The notes under the pieces are model-generated. The model was not told the DNA's origin. It made no database searches and saw only the letters and a list, made by a program, of their open reading frames with translations. Shown in pieces: positions 23,811-35,115 of a stretch of 64,000 bases of DNA. A program made the position numbers and the translations under genes. This DNA comes from an uncultured Gemmataceae bacterium (GTDB lineage: Bacteria > Planctomycetota > Planctomycetia > Gemmatales > Gemmataceae). Position 1 is the stretch's first letter. Every line of letters begins with the position of its first letter. The stretch spans positions 327,570-391,569 of the forward strand of contig CAVZCU010000015.1 in assembly GCA_963773845.1 (NCBI GenBank). The letters run 5' to 3'.

Positions 23811-26800
23811 GTGGTCTCTCCTGCGAGCGGTGGCCGCGCGTCCCCTTGGGTAACAGGCACTGGAGCGGCATCGGGTACACTCGTCGGCGGCATGGGCGGC
23901 ACTGGAAGTGCCGCGGCAAGCGGCGGCAATTCCTTGCGGCGTTCGAGAATCAAATAGCCGGCCGGAATCACCAGCCGCGTGAATAGCATGTTCGCGGTCA
24001 GCCCGCCAATCACCATGATCGCGAGCGGCTGCTGCATCTGCGCTCCGGGCCCGATTCCGAGCGCCAGGGGGAACAAGCCCAGGATCGCTGCCAGGCTCGT
24101 CATCAGAATGGGTCGAAAGCGAGTGCGTCCGGCTAGCAACAGGGCCGGCCGCAATGCCATTCCTTCTTTGCGCAAATGCTGAATGTACTCCACGAGCAGG
24201 ATGCCATTCTTCATGTCGAGGCCGACCAGGAGAATGGCCCCCATATAGCTCGACACGTTGAGCGGCGTGCCCGTGATCCAAAGCGCGATGAGTCCGCTAA
24301 CCAGTGACAGTGGCTGTGTCAGGAAGATCAAAAGCGGAAGCACGACTGAGCGGAATTGAAAGGCGAGCAGAATGAAGACGAGCAGGATCGCGACCACCAT
24401 GACGACGAGCAAGCTGTCGAATGCCTCTTGCTGGCGAACGTAATGGCCGCCCAACTCCCAGCGGTAGCCCGGAGGCAGATGAACCTCCGACGCCATCCAA
24501 CCGCGGACATCTTTTACGACCGAGCCCAGGCCCGCTTCTTCTTCGTTAAGTTCCGCCGTCACGAAAATGGCGGGCTGCTGGTTTTCGCGGAATTGTTCGT
24601 CCGGCGTGCGAACGGCGTGAACCTCGCCAAGACCATGAAGCGGAACCGCCCGCTCAGGGCCCGCGAGGCCGACGGCAACGGAGGAATTACCGTTGCTCGG
24701 AGCGGCCAGCTTGGTCTCCGGCAGGAGAATCCACTGATCGAGTACGCGCTGCAAATCGAAGTAGCCCTTGCCCGGCGTGCCGGGAACCGTGCCAAAGCGG
24801 ATCGCATCCGGATAGCGGACGCGCACGTCGGTCAAACGTAGCGCCGACTCCGGCACCTGTGTCGCAATCTGTCCCTGGAAAATTGCCTTCAACTGCCGCG
24901 CCACGGCGTCCGGCTTCATGCCGAGCTTGTCCGTGTATATGCCGTCGAGCCGAATCATCAGGTCGGGGTTGCCGGCCCGAACATTGCTGTTCACTTCGCG
25001 AATGCCCCGCCCCTTTCCGTTCTTTTCGAGAACTTCGGCGACTTCCTCGGCGAGCTTGCGAAGTTGCTTTTGGTCCGGGCCGAACAACTTGACTTCCAGA
25101 GGCTTGTTCGCGCCGGACAAATCGTCCAGCTCATCCTCCATGATCTGGACCGTCTCAATTTTGAGTTGATTTTCCGAGAACGTGTCCTTGATCTCGTCTT
25201 CAACCTCTTCCATGATTTTTTGCATGGGCCGGCGGCGATATTTCTTACGAATGTTGTCGCGCTCCCCTTCCAGCGTTTTTCCCTCGGCCTTGAGCGATTT
25301 CTCCAGTTCATCGAGCGGCGGCCGCACGGGTTTGGTGAGCAAACTGATCGGCCCCAGATCGGCCGGTCGCAAAGTGACCTCAATGTCGCCGCGGCTGGTT
25401 TGCGTGGCGAATAAGCCCATCTCGGCGCCGGTGCGGCGCGTGTAGGCCAGTACGTCCGGATTGCGCGACAGAATTCGCTCGATCTCGCGGGCTTTGCGCT
25501 CGGCCCCCGCGAGCGGCGTTCCCGATGGCGCCGAGTAGTCAATGGTGAACGCCCCTTCGTCCATCTTCGGCATCAAGCCGGTCTCGACGCCCTTCATCCA
25601 GGGCGCGGGGGCGGCTTGCCGCGCTCGCGCTTGGCGACCGGATTGGGAATGCCGGTGCAAAGCACAATCCCAACGGCGACTGCGGCGAGCGACACAATCA
25701 ACATCACGTATGGGTAACGGAGTGCTCTCTCGAGGACGAACTCATAGGCATTAGCGACCCTTCGGTAAATCGGCCCCGGTCCGGGCATGGGCCGGCCGGC
25801 CAGGAATTTCGCGGCGAACACCGGCACGATCGTCAAGCTGATCAACATGGACACGAGCACGGCAATGGATAGCGACCAACTCAACGCCGCGAAGAATTGC
25901 CCATAAACGCCGACGATGAATGCCAACGGCACAAATACAAGGACGGTTGTCAATGTCGAGCCGATCACGGCGCCGGTGACTTCCTTCGAAGCGGCATCGA
26001 CGGGATCGAGGACCTTGGCAGGCGTTGGTCCCGAGCCTGCAGCCGCCGGCGAAAGGTGGCGGGCGATATTTTCGACCACGACCACCGTATCGTCGATAAT
26101 CAGCCCGATGGCCACCGCCAGACCACCGAGCGACATGAGATTGAGCGTCGCCCCGGTCCAATGCAGAAACAGGAATGTAATCGAAAGCGTCGTGGGAATT
26201 GCAAGTGCGGAGATTAGCGTCGCCCGCCAACTTCGCAGAAACGCAAGAAGGACCAGGACGCTGAAGAATCCACCGACCACGATAGCGTCGCGAACGTTGT
26301 CGACCGAATCCTTGACGAATCGGGCTTGATCATATGCGACCGTTGCCCGGATATTGCGGGGGGGCTTCTTGTTCGGATCGGTCGCAGACAGCGTCAGCCC
26401 TTTTTCCTCCAACAAGGCGGCGACGCCATTGGAGATCTGGACCGTATTTCCCCCGAGTCGGCGAAAAATGGTGATGACGACGGCATCTTGCTGATCGTAG
26501 CCGATCGACATCACCCGATCCTGATGCATGATCTTCACGTCGGCCACATCGCGAACGCGCACCGGCTGGTCCTTGCGGGTGGTGAGCACCAGATTCTCGA
26601 TCTGGTTGGCTCGGACCGGCAGGCTATCGACGATCAACTGGAAGGCCCACGGCTGGTTTTCAATGCGGCCGACGGGCTGATGCGGAGTAAGCTGGCCGAT
26701 CTGATCGGCAAGATCGGCCGCGGACAAACCATGCGCGAGTAGATCATCGGGCCGGCAAATCACCTCGATCTCGCGAACATCTCCACCGGCCACGTTGGCG

Positions 26801-27360
26801 TACAAAACATCCGGAATCGTCTTGAGCAGAGGCGCCAGTTCGTAGAAGGCGTAATCGTGGAGTTGCGCCGGGTTGTCGCCGCCGGTGAGCACCACCGCCA
26901 TGATTGGGAACGCGGAGGGCGTCATCTGCTCGACGGTCAACTCAGTGTTGATCGGCAGGTCGGAGCGGCGGGCGCCGATTCGGTTCCAGGTGAGTTGCTC
27001 GGCCCGGATCATATCGGTGCCGGGGCTGAATTCCAGCGAGATCTCACTGCCGCCGCGAATAGTCTTGGAGCGAATGTTGGCAACACCGTTGACGCTGCTG
27101 ACCGCCTGTTCCAACGGCCGCGTCACGTTCGCTTCCATGTTAACGACATCGCGATCGGGCACTTTCGCCACGACCGCGATGCGCGAAAACGTGACCTCCG
27201 GATAGACGCTGCTGGGCATGCGCGTCGCGCTGTAGATTCCGCCGGCGACGAGCAGACCGCAGGTCAGAACAACGGCGCCGAAAAACGGTCGGGCAGTCGA
27301 AGCAATGCTGATCATTCGTCCGATGGGTCTCGTCGAATTATCTTGACGGAATCTTCCCAC
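23807..27360 (-). pseudogene. RND (AcrB/CzcA-type) efflux transporter split by a frameshift near 25600-25660 (GGGGG/CCCCC run); possibly a sequencing error
   Basis: 588-aa N-half and 617-aa C-half ORFs overlap in different frames exactly after TM7; C-half begins with the expected GLMPKMDEGAF motif. Confidence 0.8.
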
Positions 27361-27378
27361 GGATTATCCAACAACAAC

Positions 27379-28675
27379 ATGCAAAAGGAAAGCCGTAAGG
27401 CCGAATTGACCCGGCTCTGGATGCTCGGCACATTCGGGTCGCTTGTGCTGGTCGCGCCTTTGCCCCTGGCAATTTCCGCGGCGCCGAAGGAGGGCTACAC
27501 GTCGCGGGTTGTCGTTTCCGAGCCGACGCGGATCGATTGGGTCTTCACCGCGGCGACGCAGAGCCCGGCCAGGCCGCCGGCCAAACTCCTGCCAGCGCAG
27601 TTCGCCTCGACGAAGCAGGACTACGAATTGTTCGTGCCGCGGCGAAAGGACACGAAGAAGCCTTTGCCGGCAATCTTGTTTATTTCCGCGGGCGACGAGC
27701 CGCAGGGCTGGAAAGCATTTGAGAAGCCGTGCAAGAACCTGGGCGTAGTATTCATTGGCGTGCGCGGCGCGGGCAACGGCGTAGCGGGGCCGCTTCGTAG
27801 CCGAATCGTGCTCGACTGCTTCGACGACGTGCGCCGGCAAGTGCCGCTCGATCCCGATCGCACGTATATCGCCGGCTTCTCCGGCGGCGGGCGAACCGCG
27901 TGCGCGATCGGCTTCGCCCTGCCCGAGTATTTCGGCGGCATCCTCTCAATCGGGGCGGGCGGCGAATTGCGCGACGAGCCATGGCTTCGGCACCGGGCGA
28001 TCGATCGGCTGAGCATAGCACTCGTCACCGGCACGACTGATTTCAATCGCGGCGAAGTGGAGCGCCTGGCGCGGCCCATTCCTCAAAGAGATCGGCATTC
28101 GTACGCGAGTTTGGACCGCCAACGGCGGCCACGCGCTGCCGCCGCCGGCGACGATCGCTGAAGCGCTGAAGTGGCTTGATGAGGGACGCGAGAAGCGAGC
28201 GACCCTGGCCAAAAAATACCCGGCCACGCGAATCAACCCCGATGCCGCTTCGAAGCGCGAAGACTCGGCCAACGCACTCCTCGCCGAGGGCAGAGAGAAG
28301 ATGAAAGCCGCGAAGACGTTGCACGCTGGGTTGATGCTTCTCAAGGGTGTATTGGAGCGCTGGCCCGATCTCCCGGCCGCCGCGGAGGCGAAGAAGATCC
28401 TGCAAGGCATCGAGGCAAAGAAAGATCGCTCGTGGGAAAAGGACGACATCGCCGAGCAACTCCGCTACTTCGCCGCCGAGGCCCGAGCGCTCGGCGACTA
28501 CGTGCTCAACGGCATTCCGCCGACATCGCCGTATATGAAGCAGCGGCCGAGCATGGCTCGACGAGCGATTGAGCTGTGGAGCGTCGTAATTCAGAATGAG
28601 CCGGAGTCGGCGGCGGCGACGGAGGGGAGGAAGCAGTTGGTGGAGTTGGAGAAGGTGGTGGAGAAAAAGAAGTGA
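27379..28675 (+). pseudogene. secreted alpha/beta-hydrolase esterase (PHB-depolymerase-like, GFSGGG nucleophile elbow) with C-terminal helical domain; +1 frameshift near 28075
   Basis: signal peptide; GxSxG; downstream frame continues GPFLKEIGIRTRVWTANGGHALPPP… into the 124-aa ORF. Confidence 0.6.
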
Positions 28676-28730
28676 GCCGCTGTGCGCCGAGGTGTTTTGG
28701 CCCTCTGTTCGAATGCGGGAGCAAGGAGTC

Positions 28731-29183
28731 ATGGATTCGCCGCATGTATACGACAAAGCGAAGTACCACTACGAGACCGTCGATGACTACGGGCTGTCTG
28801 AAGAGCATGCTTCAAATCACACTGTGTTTTTCCTGCGCTGGCTCATCGATCATGACCTGATGGAAAAGGAGTTCACCGAGGAAGACAAAGGGCTCATCGA
28901 ACGGTTTCGCGCAGGCGAGATCAGTATCCATGAGGTGTATAGCTGGTGGGATTGTTGCCTTGTCGATGACATGCTGTCGGAGGACGGCAACAAGTTTGCG
29001 ATGCATTATTTCGATTTCGACACGGGAAAGTACTTGGAAGATTACACACGAACTTTGCAGGGCTCGCTGCCATCTGAATTTCACATCGACTACACCGAAG
29101 AGAACTACCAGCGGCTAAAGCCGGTGATTGACCGGCGGTACGGCGAATGGAAATCACCAAAGAATCGGTGGCGGCCGTTCTGA
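28731..29183 (+). CDS. hypothetical protein (150 aa)
   Basis: clean ORF with acidic, Trp/Tyr-rich composition. Confidence 0.45.
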   Translation: MDSPHVYDKAKYHYETVDDYGLSEEHASNHTVFFLRWLIDHDLMEKEFTEEDKGLIERFRAGEISIHEVYSWWDCCLVDDMLSEDGNKFAMHYFDFDTGKYLEDYTRTLQGSLPSEFHIDYTEENYQRLKPVIDRRYGEWKSPKNRWRPF

Positions 29184-29289
29184 AGCTTGGATCTAAAGCG
29201 TCTTAAGGCCGAGCGAACCGCAATAGAACATTGTCGAGGAACTCGAGCGGCCGCGACAGATCACCTGTCAACTCGAATGGGAGGTACGC

Positions 29290-29553
29290 ATGGAACCGGT
29301 GTTTGAAGACAAAACGCGAAATGAACTGTTCGCTGCCCTGCATTCGCTGTCAACACTGGTTCCACAGATGCGCGCTGGCCAACTCATGGCTGCCGTCGGA
29401 GAGTTGTGCTCTGACCTGCACGGTCGGGGATTGTGGGACGCGGAAGACGAAAAATTCCTCGAAGCGATTTGGCGATTCCGAAGAGGCATTGAAGAAGCTG
29501 CCGCGGGTCGAAATGACTCAAGTGCCAAACCGGTCACTACCGGCGTATCGTAG
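29290..29553 (+). CDS. hypothetical protein (87 aa)
   Basis: ORF only. Confidence 0.3.
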   Translation: MEPVFEDKTRNELFAALHSLSTLVPQMRAGQLMAAVGELCSDLHGRGLWDAEDEKFLEAIWRFRRGIEEAAAGRNDSSAKPVTTGVS

Positions 29554-29658
29554 GAACAGCCTGGAAGTTGGGCCGGCCGCGCGATTCTATTCGGCGATTC
29601 GATGCGTCACCGCGTCAACCATTCGGGCTCCTGCAGAGCGGAAACGTAAGGGATCGCC

Positions 29659-30099
29659 TCAAAACGAAATCGTCACCGCTTGCACGAGCGGATTGTAGCT
29701 CATCGCCGCGTGCTTCAGAATATCCCGGCCGAGCAGCCCGAGGATCGTGCCGGTCAGCGGCTGGCATTCGATAACGGAGACCGTCGGAAACGTCATCGTG
29801 AATGGAACCATACCGGGAAATGAAATGCTCACGTCATATTGATCGCAGTGGATGGGACTGCCGCCGGTGCTCGGCGTGTGGATCGGGGTCGATCCCGTTG
29901 GCAATAGCCCAAGCGGTGCCAGCAGGCCTTCTTGAATGCAAGTCGCGCTCGCGCCCGTATCAACCAATAGCCAAAGCTGAATCGGCTGAGGTGTCGGTAG
30001 ATTGGCCGCCAGCAGGGCAGCAGCCCGGGCTTGGCTAACGCCGACGACGGCCTCGACAATCGCCCCCTCGGAAGTAAGGGACGCGATTAGTGATGGCAT
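29659..30099 (-). CDS. retropepsin-like (clan AA) aspartic protease
   Basis: LLVDTGAS catalytic motif and ILGLLGRDIL flap/hydrophobic motif; 146 aa. Confidence 0.65.
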   Translation of the reverse strand: MPSLIASLTSEGAIVEAVVGVSQARAAALLAANLPTPQPIQLWLLVDTGASATCIQEGLLAPLGLLPTGSTPIHTPSTGGSPIHCDQYDVSISFPGMVPFTMTFPTVSVIECQPLTGTILGLLGRDILKHAAMSYNPLVQAVTISF

Positions 30100-30332
30100 A
30101 TCGGCTCAACAAATCGACTGACGAAGAGCGCCGGCTCGACGACCTCAATCTTCTTCACCAGGAATGGCGTCTTCACTCCGAACTGCTGGTATCCGGCCTG
30201 AATCGCGTCTTCGTACGTGCTCCACACGCTGACAACCTGATCGCCCTGTATCAAAACGTACTTGCCGGCGTCCTTGAGCAAGTTCTGCTTTTCGCGCTCG
30301 TACGCTTCGAGTTCCCGTTTGAGTGCCGACAT
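30087..30332 (-). CDS. small protein (81 aa) overlapping and preceding the aspartic protease gene
   Basis: 13-nt overlap with protease start; ORF with promoter-like TTGAAT-N17-TATAAA upstream. Confidence 0.45.
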   Translation of the reverse strand: MSALKRELEAYEREKQNLLKDAGKYVLIQGDQVVSVWSTYEDAIQAGYQQFGVKTPFLVKKIEVVEPALFVSRFVEPICHH

Positions 30333-30699
30333 GCGGTATGATTCCGATCAGTGACTTCCTTCATCAATTATAAACCGCGCATCGATTATCGGGAACCCAA
30401 GTTCTAACCCGGTGGTCCTCTTCACATCGGCCGCACCATTCCTCTGGCCACTCGCGTCCGCGCCTTTCGAACACAAGCCGGTCACGCGAATTGGACTTGC
30501 GATTAACCTTCCCGTCCAATCAATGCGACTGCTGAGATCACAGTCGCTCCGACAATCGATCCGCCTTCGTCTCTTGCTTACTCAAACAGACCCCAGACTA
30601 AATTCAAACAGTCACTTGAATTAATCTTGCCGAAGTCTATAAAGACATTTCTCGTCCGGCCAGCCCTGGGAGCGAGGTTCGGCGGGTCCTGAGGGGTTC

Positions 30700-30966
30700 A
30701 TGACCACACCATTGCGAGAAGGCGAGTGGGTCCGCCATACGGCCCAGAAATTCGTTGGCCTGCATGCCGGGTTCACCCGGCTGAGCCATCTGATGGAACG
30801 GCCAAGCGACTTGCGGGGCGTACGGGTAGTTCTTCCGGACGGAGCGATTCGGATCGCCTCCGAGCACAACTTGGAGACCGTGGAACTGGCCGACTACGAA
30901 GTTTACGCGGTGAAAATTGGCGTCCAACTTAAAGGGCGACGTGCATCTGCGAGTGCATCACGTTAG
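30700..30966 (+). CDS. hypothetical protein (88 aa)
   Basis: ORF only. Confidence 0.3.
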   Translation: MTTPLREGEWVRHTAQKFVGLHAGFTRLSHLMERPSDLRGVRVVLPDGAIRIASEHNLETVELADYEVYAVKIGVQLKGRRASASASR

Positions 30967-31136
30967 GATCAAAAAACGTCGGGGGTCGTTCCGCCACGGA
31001 ACGATTCCCATCCGTCCGATCATATTCTTCGCGCGATTCGCAGCATCATTTCGCCGAGCAGAATGATAAAATCGAAGGATAGTCTTTGTACCACGTGCGC
31101 CCCGGGGCCGATTAGGCCGATCCGTCTGGAGAACAA

Positions 31137-31358
31137 ATGAGCACTCGACTCACTGCGGTCATCCATCGCGAAGGTGACGGGTTCGTTGCCCTTTGCCCCG
31201 AATTGGATATCGCCAGTCAAGGCGAATCGATCGAGACCGCTCGGGACAATCTCCGGGAAGCGCTCGAGTTGTTCTTCGAGTGCGCGCCGTCCGCAGAAAT
31301 ACAGGAACGCCTAGCGAAAGACGTATTTGTGACCCAGGTCGAGGTGGCATGTGGGTAA
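31137..31358 (+). CDS. hicB: HicB-family antitoxin (UPF0150)
   Basis: AVIHREGDGFVALCPELDIASQGESIETARDNLREALELFFE. Confidence 0.75.
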   Translation: MSTRLTAVIHREGDGFVALCPELDIASQGESIETARDNLREALELFFECAPSAEIQERLAKDVFVTQVEVACG

Positions 31359-31629
31359 GCCAGCAGCAAGGAATCAGTGTTAGCTCGCGCCATTTCTCCA
31401 GTTTGGCGCTGGATTCCTCGGTAAGTTTGCCGGTCCGGTTGTAACGTCCCTGCTTTCTGTTCGCACTTGATTTTTTTCCCACTTTCCCGATAAGCCTAAG
31501 TGCTTTTGCTTATCTACCTTCCCAGGAGCCGCTATGCGCACTCCCGATCACCCCACGCTCATTCGCCGCATGCTCGATGCCCGGCTCCGCAAGGTGACCG
31601 CCGCCGGGCCCGTCCTTGCCGCGTCCCTG

Positions 31630-33340
31630 TATTACTCACTACCGATTTTTAGTTGCCATAACACAATTCTTATGCAGCGAGTGCGAGTATTTGCACATTG
31701 GTATCGTGGATGTAGCTGATGGCCGTGGCGAGGAGTCGGCCGCGATCGGTGATTTTGTAGCGGTGGCTCTTGGGGATCTTGCGGATCAGTCCGTGGGCGC
31801 GGAGTCGTTGCAATTGCCGCGTCACGCGTCCGCTCTGGCGTTTCGTCTCGACCGGGTTGGTCGGGGCTGAGCCAGTCAGGAGCATGCGGAGGTCGCGATT
31901 CCGGAAGCCCGCGATCGCGAACTCACCCCGGTTGATCGCGCGCAGCAACGCGCCATCGTCGCGCGACATCAAATTCAGTCCCCGGTGGCGACGGCCCGCT
32001 TTGGTCACCGGCCGGCTCGCGGCCACCAGAGCCGGGCCGAGCGTCTCGGGGGACTCGACGGCCGCGAGGGCCGCCAAGTACGACTCGTTGGCCGCTTGCG
32101 ACAACTGGCAGCGACGGTACAGGTCCGCCACGCCCCGCCGCAGTGGTTGCCAGGCCAATCTCCCGCTCGGATCGCCTTCCTTCGGACGGTACACCTTCAA
32201 GCCTTCCGCCTGATGGATCGTCGTTTCGATCCGCAAGATGCAACCGAACTTGTCGTACATCTTCAAACTGTTCCGACCCAGGCGGTGCTTCACGCGTGTC
32301 CCCTCGACGCGCGTTTTCGTGCTGCTCACGACTTCGCCTTGAAAGCGACCGTCCAACGCTCCGGCCTTTGTCAGCCGCTGCTGCAAGAAGCGCAGCACAT
32401 CGGGGCTCGACAGGTTCTCGGTCGCGTGCCGAACCAACCGGCGATACAACGGCCGCAACGCCGCCACCGAACGAAACGCCACGTCGGTCGCCCACTCCGT
32501 CTGTTCGGCCGTCCAGTAATAGTCGCGGAGTTGCCACTCGGTCAGCAGCCGCGCGAACTCCGGATGCGACTCGCGAATCACGCCGGTCAACGTCGCCGAC
32601 CAGTCCGTTTGCAATTGTTCGTCGAACAGGGCCTGCGCCTTCGGGAAGTCCGCCACCCAGGCCAAGCTGTTGTCTCGGCGCTGGTACTCGATGCCCGCCG
32701 CGTCGAGTTGCCGAGCCAGCCACTCGCGGCCGTTCAGGCAAATCTGCACGGACATCGGGAACCACGTCATCAGACGGATGTGCATCATGCCGAAGCGCGG
32801 ATGGCGCAGGTAGATGTAATAGTGCAAACACTTGCGCTGGGCCGACACCAGTTCCAGCATCCGGGTGGCCGCGTTCTTGTACAGTTGAAAACTGCGACAG
32901 TTCTCGACGCAACTGAGGACGGCAATCACGCCCGTGAAATCGTCCGCCACCGCGTGCTGCCGGATCAGATCGTGGACAACCGCCTCTTTGTCGATCGTGC
33001 CGGACAAGTAAACCACCTTGCCAACGGGAGTCGTCGCGGCTAACCGTTCGGTGGCGAGCTTCAGTCGCCGGGCCGTCCCGTCAAAGAAGCTCTTGAATGC
33101 GACCAGCAAGACCTTGAGGAAGCCCAAGTAGCGGGACAAGCCGTCGGCATAGCAGATCGAACGTAAGGTGCCTCGAAAGCGAACACGATCCAAACCTGAA
33201 AGAACTCCGTGGATATGGTCGCTGTGCTGTTGTAAGAAGGTCTGCATGGCATGCTCCGGTTGCTGAGTAATGTGCGCTAACACCACTCTATCCAACCGGA
33301 CATGCCTGCTTCATTTGGTTGCGGCCAAGGGCCGCGCTGT
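31630..33340 (-). mobile_element. nested ~1.7-kb insertion inside IS copy 2 (no obvious TIRs)
   Basis: precise interruption of IS copy 2 relative to copy 1 between GCGTCCCTG and TGTTTCTATTC. Confidence 0.5.
31670..33295 (-). CDS. 541-aa putative transposase of the nested element; IS family not recognised
   Basis: ORF fills the nested insert. Confidence 0.4.
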   Translation of the reverse strand: MDRVVLAHITQQPEHAMQTFLQQHSDHIHGVLSGLDRVRFRGTLRSICYADGLSRYLGFLKVLLVAFKSFFDGTARRLKLATERLAATTPVGKVVYLSGTIDKEAVVHDLIRQHAVADDFTGVIAVLSCVENCRSFQLYKNAATRMLELVSAQRKCLHYYIYLRHPRFGMMHIRLMTWFPMSVQICLNGREWLARQLDAAGIEYQRRDNSLAWVADFPKAQALFDEQLQTDWSATLTGVIRESHPEFARLLTEWQLRDYYWTAEQTEWATDVAFRSVAALRPLYRRLVRHATENLSSPDVLRFLQQRLTKAGALDGRFQGEVVSSTKTRVEGTRVKHRLGRNSLKMYDKFGCILRIETTIHQAEGLKVYRPKEGDPSGRLAWQPLRRGVADLYRRCQLSQAANESYLAALAAVESPETLGPALVAASRPVTKAGRRHRGLNLMSRDDGALLRAINRGEFAIAGFRNRDLRMLLTGSAPTNPVETKRQSGRVTRQLQRLRAHGLIRKIPKSHRYKITDRGRLLATAISYIHDTNVQILALAA

Positions 33341-33485
33341 GTTTCTATTCCCATCGCTGTGGCAGTCCCGAATGTCGCTGCCATCACGGTGGCCCGCTCC
33401 ATGACTCGCAGCATGTCACCTTCAAGGAAGATGGCAAGACCCGCACCGTCTACGTCCCCAAAGATTTAGTCCCGGAGGTCCGCGC

Positions 33486-34958
33486 ATGGATCGCGCAGCA
33501 CCGTCGCCTCAAGACCCTGCTGAAGGAAATCCAGCAGCTCAGTCTGGCCTTGATCCGCACGCACACCCGACACCAACGTCTCCGGGCCGGCCGGACTTGA
33601 TCGTCGCCAACGCGTTCGTCCAAACCGTTCGCCACTTCTTTCCCGAGTTGAACGACTGGCTGCAGGCCTTGCCTGACACCCGCGATCGCGATGCCATCAC
33701 CTACGAAACCCGCTTCCTCGCCTGGATCGGCCTGCTTCTCTTTGTGTTGCAACTCGGCAGCCGCCGGCAACTCGACTTCGCCTTGGACAACTTTTCCGAT
33801 GCCGCTCTAGCCAACCTCAATCGACTGGCGGACACCCAGCAGGAATCATTGCCGGTCCATGATACCCTCGATCACTTTCTCGACCACGTTGCTTGGCATG
33901 CGTTTCCACAGGTCCGCTGGCAGATGGTGCAACGCCTCTTGCGCATGCGGGCTCTCGAAGACGCGCGGTTGCTCGGCCATTATGTCGTGCCGATCGATGG
34001 CACTGGCTTGTTTACGTTCCGCGAGCGGCATTGCGACCATTGCCTCGAACGCAAGCACAAAAGCGGCACGCTCTATTACCACCAAGTCCTGGAGGCCAAG
34101 CTCTTGGGACCGGCGGGCATCACGATCTCCATCGGCACCGAGTTCATCGAGAACGCGGACGCCAGTTCGGCCCGCGATCCGGATCAGTTCAAGCAAGATT
34201 GCGAACTGAATGCGTTCGAGCGCCTGGCGCCCAAGTTCAAAAGCGACTATCCGCAGTTGCGCGTCGTCGTCGCCGGTGATGCTCTGTTCGTCTGCGGCCG
34301 CGTCTTGCAGATCACCCAGGACAATGACTGGTCGTATGTGCTGACTCTTAAGGAAGGGCGTCTGCCAAGCGTGTGGGCCGAATTCCAAAAGCTCAAGGAA
34401 CTGTGCCCGGAAAACGTGCGCGAGATGCTGCTGCCCAACGGGACGCGACAGGTGTACCGCTGGGTGCATGACCTGTCCTATGAGGACGATCAGAAGCGAC
34501 GATGGACGTTCCATGCTCTGGAATGCACGGAGAAATTGCCAAGCGGCGAAGTGCGGTACTTCGCCTGGATCACCGATCTTTCGGTGAGCAAAGCCAATGT
34601 GGCCCTGATCGCCCAGGAAGGAGGACGATCCCGATGGAAGATTGAGAACGAGGGATTCAATCGTCAGAAGAATCACGGCCCGAATCTGGAACACGTCTAC
34701 AGCACCGACCCGGAGAAATGGAAGGCGTACTACTACTTGTTGCAGATCGCCTTTATCCTGACCCAGTTGCTGGAACGAGGCACCCTCTTGCGGCAGTTGG
34801 CGGCTTCGTTTCACCGCAGTCCCCAGCAGCTCTTTGGCAGTTTGGCCAACATCGTCGGAAGGTTGCGGGAAGTCCTGCGCTGGCTGCAATGGCCGGACGA
34901 CTGTTTTGATGCAGCCAGCGCTCGACGCCGCCGGATCGGTTTTACGGACACGTCGTAA
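33486..34958 (+). CDS. DDE transposase of IS copy 2
   Basis: 490 aa, identical to 13613-15085 product. Confidence 0.85.
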   Translation: MDRAAPSPQDPAEGNPAAQSGLDPHAHPTPTSPGRPDLIVANAFVQTVRHFFPELNDWLQALPDTRDRDAITYETRFLAWIGLLLFVLQLGSRRQLDFALDNFSDAALANLNRLADTQQESLPVHDTLDHFLDHVAWHAFPQVRWQMVQRLLRMRALEDARLLGHYVVPIDGTGLFTFRERHCDHCLERKHKSGTLYYHQVLEAKLLGPAGITISIGTEFIENADASSARDPDQFKQDCELNAFERLAPKFKSDYPQLRVVVAGDALFVCGRVLQITQDNDWSYVLTLKEGRLPSVWAEFQKLKELCPENVREMLLPNGTRQVYRWVHDLSYEDDQKRRWTFHALECTEKLPSGEVRYFAWITDLSVSKANVALIAQEGGRSRWKIENEGFNRQKNHGPNLEHVYSTDPEKWKAYYYLLQIAFILTQLLERGTLLRQLAASFHRSPQQLFGSLANIVGRLREVLRWLQWPDDCFDAASARRRRIGFTDTS

Positions 34959-35115
34959 ATATCCCCGCCTGACCAAATCTCCGGGAATAACGGTCCGTGC
35001 TTCGGATGGGAATTCAGGTCGAAAGCAAAGAACTCGCTCCCGGTGCGCGCCGACGTCACATCAATGCCCCACAAACGAAAATCAACCTTCCCGCAAAAAC
35101 TGATTCCTCAGGGCT

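Noticed and set aside
23807-27360. Two separate transporter genes (588 aa and 617 aa)
   Set aside because: The ORFs overlap in different frames exactly where one RND polypeptide continues (TM7 then FlPxeDeG motif); single gene with an indel in a G5 run.
31923-33043. 329-aa minus and 352-aa plus ORFs inside the nested element
   Set aside because: Alternative frames of the 541-aa ORF region; Arg/Pro/Gly-rich and mutually overlapping; the 541-aa frame is the only one spanning the whole insert.
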